The notes under the pieces were generated by a model. It worked only from the letters and a program-made list of their open reading frames with translations, did not search any database and was not told the DNA's origin. Positions 30,123 through 38,005 of a stretch of 64,000 bases of DNA are shown here, piece after piece; position 1 is the first letter of the stretch, and each line of letters starts with the position of its first letter. Origin of the DNA: Deinococcales bacterium (lineage in GTDB: Bacteria; Deinococcota; Deinococci; Deinococcales; JAAFIG01). A program made the position numbers and the translations under genes. The stretch covers positions 1 through 64,000 of the forward strand of contig JAYWGM010000075.1 in NCBI GenBank assembly GCA_043778225.1. Reading direction: 5' to 3'.

Positions 30123-31016
30123 ATGTTTTGGGTTATTTTTTTGCTGGTTACGCTGCTTTTGTTTGTGGCTTGGTATTTTGGGTTGCGTCGTTCTCAGGTT
30201 CGTCAAGCCAGTTTAGGCTTGTCTTTAACCAGTTTTTTTGCTTTTGCCTTTTTATATGCGCCGATTCTGGTGGTGGCGGTGATGAGCTTTAATAACTCGA
30301 GATTTCGCCTAGATTGGGTTGGTTTTACCACCAAATGGTATGCCAAAATTTTTGGCGATGAAAGCGTGACGGGTGGACTCGAGGGGGCGCAATTGTTGGC
30401 AGCCACCCAAAATACGTTAATTCTGGCAATCATCAGCACCGCCATTGCCACGATAATCGGTTCTTTATTGGGCTATGGCTTGCATCGTTATCGCTTTCCG
30501 GGTTCGCAACTGACCGCTTGGCTGATGTATATCCCAGTCGTCACGCCCGATATTGTGATGGCGATTTCTTTACTGCTGTTGTATCAAGTGCTGCGAAATG
30601 TCTTGCCATTTTTTGAACCCGGAATGCCCGCGATGGTGATTGCCCATGTGACTTTCCAAATTGCTTTTGTGGCAATAGTGGTGCGCTCAAGACTCGCGAC
30701 GCTCGACCCCGCGCTCGAGGAAGCGGCTCGAGACTTGTATGCCTCACCGCTCGAGACGGTGCGCCATGTGGTGCTGCCGCTCGCCCTGCCGGGTGTGATG
30801 GCTGGGGCATTGCTGGCATTTACGCTTTCGATTGATGATTTTGTGATTTCATTTTTTACTTCTGGTCCAGAATCGCAAACCCTCCCGATTCTGATTTATG
30901 CCTCGGTCAAGCGCGGTATTACCCCAGACATCAATGCCCTTTCGACGATTATTGTGCTGCTGACCATGGCTGGGGTTTTTTTAAGCCAAATTTTACAGCG
31001 CAACCAAAAAAATTAA
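30123..31016 (+). CDS. potC: Polyamine ABC transporter permease
   Basis: FLYAPI, GFTTKWY, EEAARDL, FTLSIDDF, TLPILIY. Confidence 0.85.
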   Translation: MFWVIFLLVTLLLFVAWYFGLRRSQVRQASLGLSLTSFFAFAFLYAPILVVAVMSFNNSRFRLDWVGFTTKWYAKIFGDESVTGGLEGAQLLAATQNTLILAIISTAIATIIGSLLGYGLHRYRFPGSQLTAWLMYIPVVTPDIVMAISLLLLYQVLRNVLPFFEPGMPAMVIAHVTFQIAFVAIVVRSRLATLDPALEEAARDLYASPLETVRHVVLPLALPGVMAGALLAFTLSIDDFVISFFTSGPESQTLPILIYASVKRGITPDINALSTIIVLLTMAGVFLSQILQRNQKN

Positions 31017-31042
31017 ACGCCTTACAAAATGTAAGGCGTTTC
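31016..31042. terminator. Bidirectional terminator-like hairpin
   Basis: AAACGCCTTACA-aaa-TGTAAGGCGTTT between convergent genes. Confidence 0.7.
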
Positions 31043-31057
31043 TCGAGAAAATAGTTA

Positions 31058-31942
31058 TTACTTGATTTTACCGTTGAGACCATTTGGGAAAAATCCGCCT
31101 TTGCCATTTCCGCCCAAGTAAACAATTTTTAAGACCTGTTCGGTGGTGCGGCTAAAAGCAATGCTGTTTTCGTCGGTTGGTACAAGGTTGGCTTTATTTT
31201 TCATGGTCACGCCTTGGTCAATCACGGTTGCGCCATCGACTGAATCGCGTAAGAATGAAATCGCTTCAACAACTTGCTCGACGTTGTAACCTGTGGCAAC
31301 TTTGGTGGCTCGTTGTTGATACAAAAGGGTACGGACAATGCCAGCGTGATAGGCTTCGACAGCTAAGATACCCGCCGCAGCCTCGAGATAAGCTGGATTG
31401 GTAATTAAAGCAGCAGCACCTTTGTAGGCGGTTACGCCAACGTCTTCAAAAATAAATGCGCCGTGCAAGAAAAAGAGTTCGTTGGTATAGGGACTAAAGT
31501 TTTTAATCCCATTTTTACTTGCGGCGGCTGCCGCCGCCGCAAACGCAGGTCCGATGTCAATGGTCGGGCGAGCCACGGCTTTGTCGCCAAGGGCTTTACG
31601 CAAAAAGATAACGTGATTTTCTTCGTCGGTGGCAATTTCTTCGGCATAATCTCGAGCCGCTCGACCTGCAGCAGTATTCGAGAACTTGACTGGCTTACCA
31701 CCAATCACATTACCTGGGGGTACGCCTCCACCCGAAATCTCGTAGCTTGGTCTGCGTCCTACGGCTGCCAAGTAAAACTCGGCTTCGAGGTATTCGAGGT
31801 TCAGCGCGAAATTGAGGACATCAACATCAATGTCCGGCTTCATATTTTGGGCAAGTCCAAGGTTTGGAGCAGCGACTGCGCCGACTCCGAGCATTGCTGC
31901 ACCCATTAAAACTTGACGACGGTTCAACGATTTTAAGTTCAT
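31058..31942 (-). CDS. Ferritin-like desiccation-related protein (Ferritin_2) with Tat-like signal
   Basis: NRRQVL signal, LNFALNLEYLEAEFY, DEENHV, FEDVGVTAYKGAA, EAYHAG, GGFFPNG. Confidence 0.88.
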   Translation of the reverse strand: MNLKSLNRRQVLMGAAMLGVGAVAAPNLGLAQNMKPDIDVDVLNFALNLEYLEAEFYLAAVGRRPSYEISGGGVPPGNVIGGKPVKFSNTAAGRAARDYAEEIATDEENHVIFLRKALGDKAVARPTIDIGPAFAAAAAAASKNGIKNFSPYTNELFFLHGAFIFEDVGVTAYKGAAALITNPAYLEAAAGILAVEAYHAGIVRTLLYQQRATKVATGYNVEQVVEAISFLRDSVDGATVIDQGVTMKNKANLVPTDENSIAFSRTTEQVLKIVYLGGNGKGGFFPNGLNGKIK

Positions 31943-32038
31943 ACATTCTCCGTGGTTCTGGTTTGACTTTTGGAACGTTTTTATCAGAACATTGCTGACT
32001 AAAGCCCAGATTTGGTTAAGCTGAAGACCAGATGAAAG

Positions 32039-32092
32039 AATTACAATAAATAATTCACGAAATTGATATAATTGTGAATTATTTCACTTAAT
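32039..32092 (-). repeat. ~55-bp AT-rich dispersed element, copy 2 of 4
   Basis: aattacaataaataattcacgaaattgatataattgtgaattatttcacttaat. Confidence 0.85.
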
Positions 32093-32106
32093 CGGCTTGC
32101 CTCTAC

Positions 32107-33261
32107 TTATCTAGGTATTTTCAATACGAAAACAGCCCCAGCCGCATTGACAGCCGTTAGTGTTCCGCCATGTGCCTCAGCAATGGCTTTTGCAATCGCT
32201 AACCCTAAACCATGATGTGGTATTCCAGTGCGTTCTCGAGCCACATCATCGCGGTAAAACCGTTCAAAAACTCGGTCTGGGTGGAGGAGACCACGCCCGT
32301 TGTCCGCCACAGAAATCACCAAGCTATTTTCCTCGAGTTTACTGCTGACCACAACCCGATTTGCGCCACTATGTTCTAAGGTATTCTCGAGTAAGTTACG
32401 AATCACCCGCTCGAGTTGCAATGGGTCAAACAAAGCCGTTATATCTGGGCTTGGAGCTAAAATTAAAGTGATGCCAGCCTCTATGGCTTGGGTTTCTAAA
32501 GAACCTAAAATCTGCTCAAGCCAGACTTGTACCTGTATCGTTTGTTTTTCGAGCCTCAGTGTGCCAGTTTCGGCAGTTGAAAGGGTGCGTAAATCACCGA
32601 CCATTCGTGAAATTAAACTGACTTCGTTCAGTAAACGCTCTAAACTTGCGTCATCCCTTGGGCGAATACCATCCTGCATCGCCTCGAGTTCTGCCTGCAT
32701 CACCCCAAGCGGATTTCGTAGGTCGTGGGCAATATCCGAAACCACTTGTTGCCGCCAAGCCTCTTGCCGTTCTAAATTTTCGGAGAGTTGATTAAAAGCT
32801 AAACTGACGGTTTGTAACTCGTCTTTTTGTTCTGGCACTGGCACACGAACCCCGCGCTGACCATTGGAAACAGCTTTGGCGGCTTCTTCAAGGGCAATCA
32901 AAGGTTTGGTTAAGCGCCGAGTGACCAAGGCGGCGGCAAGTGCCGAAAAAACCACCGCCCCAAAACCGCCCCAAAAAACTGTTCCTGTCATGTTCTGAAA
33001 AGTCCGTCGCGCTTGGGCAATTCTCGAGTCATCATCAAACTTAAAGCCGCCAAATCCCCAAGCATCGAGTGGCACTTTGATTCGTGTACCATCTGGAAAA
33101 ACAAAGGTTCTCGAGACATCGGTGGCGGCACGTTGAATCGCTCGGATGCTTAAAAAACCCGTAAAGCCGACCGCTGCCAACGCCACAATCACAAACCACA
33201 TCGTTAATCGCCGCCGTAAACCAGAAGAGCGTTTTTTGAATTTTTTAGCAATCCATGGCAT
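32107..33261 (-). CDS. HAMP sensor histidine kinase (BaeS-like)
   Basis: Two transmembrane helices, HAMP, IAHDLRNPL, DNGRG, FERFYR, GLGLAIA. Confidence 0.92.
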   Translation of the reverse strand: MPWIAKKFKKRSSGLRRRLTMWFVIVALAAVGFTGFLSIRAIQRAATDVSRTFVFPDGTRIKVPLDAWGFGGFKFDDDSRIAQARRTFQNMTGTVFWGGFGAVVFSALAAALVTRRLTKPLIALEEAAKAVSNGQRGVRVPVPEQKDELQTVSLAFNQLSENLERQEAWRQQVVSDIAHDLRNPLGVMQAELEAMQDGIRPRDDASLERLLNEVSLISRMVGDLRTLSTAETGTLRLEKQTIQVQVWLEQILGSLETQAIEAGITLILAPSPDITALFDPLQLERVIRNLLENTLEHSGANRVVVSSKLEENSLVISVADNGRGLLHPDRVFERFYRDDVARERTGIPHHGLGLAIAKAIAEAHGGTLTAVNAAGAVFVLKIPR

Positions 33262-33936
33262 TTAAGCCCCCCGCAAACGATAGCCAACACCGCGCACGGT
33301 CTCGAGTAAATCGCCATGCAGCCCCAATTTTTTACGGATATTTTTGATGTGCGCGTCCACAGTACGCTCATCGGCAAAAGAATCCAAGCCACCACTCTGC
33401 TCGAGCAATTCAGAACGCAAACGCACCCGAGAAGGTTCTTTGGCGAGTAAACCGAGTATTCTTACCTCGGCAGTCGTCATCGCAATATCTTGTCCAGCCA
33501 CCGAAACCTCGAAAGTGGTTAGATTAACTTCGATTACGCCAACCCGCAAAGATTGTGGCAGCACCACCGCGCCTTGGACTCGCCGCAAGACCGCCTTGAC
33601 TCGAGCCATAACCTCACGTGGGCTGTACGGCTTAACCACATAATCATCTGCACCTAAACCTAAGCCAACCAATTTATCCACCTCGTCATCCCTTGCCGTG
33701 AGCATGATAATCGGGGTACTCGATTCGGCTCGAACCCGCCGTGCAACCTCGAGACCATCGAGTTCTGGCAGCATTAAATCCAATAAAATTAAGTCTGGAT
33801 TGGCAGCCCGCCAAAGCTCGAGCGCTCGAGTGCCAGTGCGGGCGCGTTCGGTCTTAAAACCCTCACGGCGAACATATTCCTCGAGAATATCCGCTAATCG
33901 GGTTTCATCTTCAACAATCAAAATTGTGCCAGACAT
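33262..33936 (-). CDS. OmpR-family response regulator
   Basis: IVEDE, LDLMLP, GADDYVVKPY, ETVRGVGY. Confidence 0.95.
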   Translation of the reverse strand: MSGTILIVEDETRLADILEEYVRREGFKTERARTGTRALELWRAANPDLILLDLMLPELDGLEVARRVRAESSTPIIMLTARDDEVDKLVGLGLGADDYVVKPYSPREVMARVKAVLRRVQGAVVLPQSLRVGVIEVNLTTFEVSVAGQDIAMTTAEVRILGLLAKEPSRVRLRSELLEQSGGLDSFADERTVDAHIKNIRKKLGLHGDLLETVRGVGYRLRGA

Positions 33937-33943
33937 GGGGCAT

Positions 33944-34020
33944 AGGTTAAAGGGTAAAAAGGTGAAAAGGTTAAAGGGTAAAAATTAACCTTTTCTCCCT
34001 TTAACCTTTTTACCCTGCCT
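33944..34020. repeat. 8-bp GGTNAAAR repeats in an inverted arrangement
   Basis: Five purine-rich units followed by complementary ccttt..acc units. Confidence 0.85.
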
Positions 34021-34449
34021 TTAACCAAGTGCGTTCTTGATCATCTGGAAAGTTTCGAGTGTGATTTCGCCACTGGCAAGGCGTTGACGAGCGATTTTTA
34101 GGGCTGGGTCGGATTCGCTGCTGATTTCGAGTTGGGTTTTTAGGTCTTCAAACTGCTCTGGGGTCAGTTCGGATTTGGCGAGGCGGACTCGAGCCATTTG
34201 TAAAGCATCGTCGGAAGAACCCGTTTGCCATTTATTGCGCCATTCTTGCTTACCTTGTTGCCACATTGATTTGAAATTCTCACGTCCCTGACCAGACCAT
34301 GCCATACGACGGCTGTGTTTGAACCAACGGATTGCCCAAAAAATGGCGGCAATCAGAAAAACAAACCACAGCACCTTAAAAAAACCAGCCAAGAAAAACC
34401 AACCGGGGTCGACCATCTGCATACCACTCCGAAAACCATCGTTCCACAT
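34021..34449 (-). CDS. Membrane protein with tandem SHOCT-like domains
   Basis: One transmembrane helix, two ALxxARxRLAx(S/G)ExTxExF repeats. First gene of the response regulator-kinase operon. Confidence 0.8.
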   Translation of the reverse strand: MWNDGFRSGMQMVDPGWFFLAGFFKVLWFVFLIAAIFWAIRWFKHSRRMAWSGQGRENFKSMWQQGKQEWRNKWQTGSSDDALQMARVRLAKSELTPEQFEDLKTQLEISSESDPALKIARQRLASGEITLETFQMIKNALG

Positions 34450-34675
34450 AAGTCTTGCTCCTTTTCTACTCAAGAACTGGTCTCGAGCGATGAGAGAATC
34501 ATGCTCCTAAGCTATGAAGCAGGCTTGTTCAAAATATGAACTCCAGATGAATGTGACCAAAAAACTTTATTTTCGCACTCAAGGCTCGAGTTTACCCAAA
34601 AAACCGTGATTCATAAAATCTGCTGTAAACAGTCAAGACCTCGAATAATTTGTGCAACCGTAGGTTTTTCTGCCT

Positions 34676-37600
34676 ATGCTTTTGGCTATTGACATCAAAT
34701 TGACAATGGCGCAGAGTGACCAGATGATACGCAAATACTCCAACCTCATTTTTCCACTTGGAGCATTTATTTTTGTGATGATCATCACTCTTAGCCTCTG
34801 GACAGCCTTACAGCGTGCGGAGCTTATGGCTGCTGATGAACGTGCCCACAGCAGTGGCAGAGAAGCTGCTGCCGCCCTTGGACAGTCGTATATCGGGCGA
34901 CAACTGGCACTTGAACGGATGGCGCAACGCTGGGCAAAAAGCGATGGTCTGCCAGAAGCCGAATGGCGCAGTGATGCCTTGGGCTATGCTCGAGATTTTC
35001 CGGATTTTTTGGCGGTTGAATGGGTGGATACGCAAAATGTGGTGCGTTGGGTTGAACCACAAGCCAGTAACCAAGCTGTGGTTGGTCGAGATTTAAGCTA
35101 TGAATCCGTGCGTCGTTTGGCACTCGAGACAGCACGAATTGAGCAAAAGTCGGTCACTTCACCGACCATCACACTTCTACAAGGTGGTCGTGGATTTTTA
35201 AGTGTCCATCCAATTTATCGCAATCAAGTTTTTCTGGGTTTTATAATTGGCATTTTTCGGATTGAAACTTTTGCCTTTGCTACCTTAAAAACTTTTGCCA
35301 AAGAAGGTTTGGCATTTCGTATTTTTGCAGGTTCGGATTTGATTTATCAATTACAAGCATCTGCGGCGACTGCCAGCCGCCAAAATCTTCGGCTTGGCAC
35401 AATCGTATGGAAACTCGAGGCACGTGCGACAGCCGATGCAATAGCACGCGCCAGAACTTGGCTGCCATGGTCAGTTTTGGCGGCTGGCTTGTTTGTGGCG
35501 TTGCTTTTAGGGGTAGCAGTCTATTTGGTTGGTCAGACCGCCAAGCAGAGTTTAGCCATAACAGCAATCAATCATGATTTAACCCAAGAACGCGATTTTG
35601 CCAAACTGGTTCTCGAGACCATGGGGCAAGGCTTAATCGTGACTGGAGCAGACGGGCGTTTTACCTATGTCAATGCTGCTTTTGCACGGCTGGTTGAAGA
35701 TAGCCCCAGTCGGCTGCTTGGGCGTTCTATTAGTGAATACACTTTACCCAGCGACCAAGAATTGTTAAATAAAGCCCGCCAAGAACGAAGTGCTGGTCAA
35801 ACCACCTCTTATGAAATTCGCCTTCTTGGTGATAAGCCAGTGCTGATTACAGGTGTACCACGCCTTTTGGCTGGTCAGTTTGATGGTTCAGTAGCAGTGG
35901 TCAGCGATTTGCGCCAACACTTTGATGCCGAGCGAATCCTACGCCGTGAACGTGATTTTACCAGTGCGATTCTCGAGACGGCTGGAGCGCTGGTGATTGT
36001 GCTTGACCGCCTTGGGCAAGTGGTGCGTTTTAATCGGGCTTGCGAACAAACCACTGGCTATACCTTAGAAACTTTTCGGGGTTTACCATTCTGGGAATTG
36101 CTGATTCCACCCCAAGAAAGCCAAGCCGTCAAACTGGCATTTTTAGCTTTGCAGGCTGGCGATTTTCCGGGGGTATTTGAAAATCATTGGCTGACTCGAG
36201 GCGGTGGGCAAAGGCTGATAAGTTGGGCAAATACAGTTCTGTTTGATGAGGCTGGAAATGTTGAATTTATCATCGGGACTGGCATTGATATTACTGAACG
36301 CCGCCTTGCCGAAGAGGGCTTACGCGCCAGTGAAGCCCGTTACCGTGCAGTTGTGACCTCACTCGAAGAAGGAGTGATTGTCCAAAATCGGGCTGGAAAA
36401 ATCATTTCAGTCAATGCTTCGGCAGAACGCTTACTTGGTTTAACTTGCGACCAACTGCTTGGGCAAACACACTTTTATGAAAATTTGCGATTTATTGAAC
36501 AAAACGGCACACCAATTCGTGCTATTTATTCACCTTTTTCGCTTAACAGCACCCCACGTTCAGGACAATTTGTTGGTTTACATCGTACCGATGGCACATT
36601 GCTGTGGTTATCGGTCAATTCGCGCCCACTCGAGTATAGCGAGGGCGGCACGGACGGTGTGGTCTCGTCGTTTTTTGACATTACCGAGCGTAAATTGGCA
36701 GAAGACCAACTGGCATATGAAGCCATGCACGATGCCTTAACTGGTCTACCAAATCGGGTGATGTTCCGAGACCGAGTGAGCGATGAAATCCGCCGCGCCA
36801 CTCGAGAAGGCTTGACTTTTGCGGTCGCCTTTGTTGACCTCGACCGCTTTAAGCACGTCAACGATACTTTGGGACACGGGATTGGCGATTCATTGCTACA
36901 AGTGATCGCCAATCGTCTGCAAAAAGCGGTGCGTGACACCGACATGGTGGCTCGTATGGGTGGTGATGAATTTACCTTGCTTTTGGCTGGGGTAAAAACA
37001 CCAGAAGGCGCGGCTGTAGTTGCTAAAAAGGTACTCAATGCCCTGACCCCAGTCATTCATATCCAAGGACATGACTTATTTATCAGTGGCAGCATTGGCT
37101 TGGCGTTATATCCAAGCGACGGTACAGATGGTGAAACACTGCTTAAAAATGCCGATGGCGCTTTATATGCGGCTAAAGACGCTGGGAAAAATAATTATCA
37201 ATTTTTTAACGCTCCAACTGGAGCGCGGGTTGCCGAGCGACTCAACTTAGAGACCAAATTGCGTCGAGCCTTTGAGCGCAATGAGTTTAGACTGCACTAT
37301 CAGCCACAAGTTCAGTTGCCCACGCGCCAAGTTATTGGTATCGAAGCCCTTTTGCGCTGGAGTGACCCAGAAGATGGTTTAGCTGTTGCACCACTGCGCT
37401 TTGTTCCAATCCTCGAGGAAAGTGGAATGATTGTGCCAGTCGGAGCTTGGGTGATGCGCGAAGCCTGTACTCGAGCCGCCGCTTTGCAAAACCCGATTCG
37501 AGTGGCAGTCAATGTCTCGGCAGTTCAATTTGCCCGCTCTGATTTTTTATATTTGATTGCTGAAACGCTTGAGGTCAGTGGACTTGCGCCGCATTTACTT

Positions 37601-38005
37601 GAGTTAGAACTGACCGAAAGTGTGGTCATGCGCGACCCCGAAGCTGTGGCAGTGCGGATGTCAAAACTGCGTGAACTCGGAGTGCGTTTATCGGTTGATG
37701 ACTTTGGTACAGGTCACTCGAGTTTAGGTTATTTGCAGCGTTTACCAGTTGAATGTCTCAAAATTGATCGTTCGTTTATTATTGCCATGGACGCTGGCGG
37801 GGAATCCTTGGTGCGCGGTATTATTGATTTAGCCCATAATTTAGGGATGACTGTGGTTGCCGAGGGTGTAGAAACCGAATGCCAATGCCAAACCTTAATA
37901 GAAATGGGCTGTGACTTTGCCCAAGGCTACTTATTTTCTGAACCACTGCCCACCGAAATGCTCGAAAGTTACTTTCAGTCAAGCAGCCATAGCCTCACGC
38001 TTTAA
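34676..38005 (+). CDS. CHASE-PAS-GGDEF-EAL signalling protein
   Basis: Periplasmic CHASE, three PAS domains, GGDEF, IEAL, DDFGTG. Start uncertain (downstream Met codons possible). Confidence 0.93.
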   Translation: MLLAIDIKLTMAQSDQMIRKYSNLIFPLGAFIFVMIITLSLWTALQRAELMAADERAHSSGREAAAALGQSYIGRQLALERMAQRWAKSDGLPEAEWRSDALGYARDFPDFLAVEWVDTQNVVRWVEPQASNQAVVGRDLSYESVRRLALETARIEQKSVTSPTITLLQGGRGFLSVHPIYRNQVFLGFIIGIFRIETFAFATLKTFAKEGLAFRIFAGSDLIYQLQASAATASRQNLRLGTIVWKLEARATADAIARARTWLPWSVLAAGLFVALLLGVAVYLVGQTAKQSLAITAINHDLTQERDFAKLVLETMGQGLIVTGADGRFTYVNAAFARLVEDSPSRLLGRSISEYTLPSDQELLNKARQERSAGQTTSYEIRLLGDKPVLITGVPRLLAGQFDGSVAVVSDLRQHFDAERILRRERDFTSAILETAGALVIVLDRLGQVVRFNRACEQTTGYTLETFRGLPFWELLIPPQESQAVKLAFLALQAGDFPGVFENHWLTRGGGQRLISWANTVLFDEAGNVEFIIGTGIDITERRLAEEGLRASEARYRAVVTSLEEGVIVQNRAGKIISVNASAERLLGLTCDQLLGQTHFYENLRFIEQNGTPIRAIYSPFSLNSTPRSGQFVGLHRTDGTLLWLSVNSRPLEYSEGGTDGVVSSFFDITERKLAEDQLAYEAMHDALTGLPNRVMFRDRVSDEIRRATREGLTFAVAFVDLDRFKHVNDTLGHGIGDSLLQVIANRLQKAVRDTDMVARMGGDEFTLLLAGVKTPEGAAVVAKKVLNALTPVIHIQGHDLFISGSIGLALYPSDGTDGETLLKNADGALYAAKDAGKNNYQFFNAPTGARVAERLNLETKLRRAFERNEFRLHYQPQVQLPTRQVIGIEALLRWSDPEDGLAVAPLRFVPILEESGMIVPVGAWVMREACTRAAALQNPIRVAVNVSAVQFARSDFLYLIAETLEVSGLAPHLLELELTESVVMRDPEAVAVRMSKLRELGVRLSVDDFGTGHSSLGYLQRLPVECLKIDRSFIIAMDAGGESLVRGIIDLAHNLGMTVVAEGVETECQCQTLIEMGCDFAQGYLFSEPLPTEMLESYFQSSSHSLTL

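Noticed and set aside
30019..30123. 34-codon ORF between potB and potC
   Set aside because: No RBS or recognisable motif; adjacent to repeat DNA.
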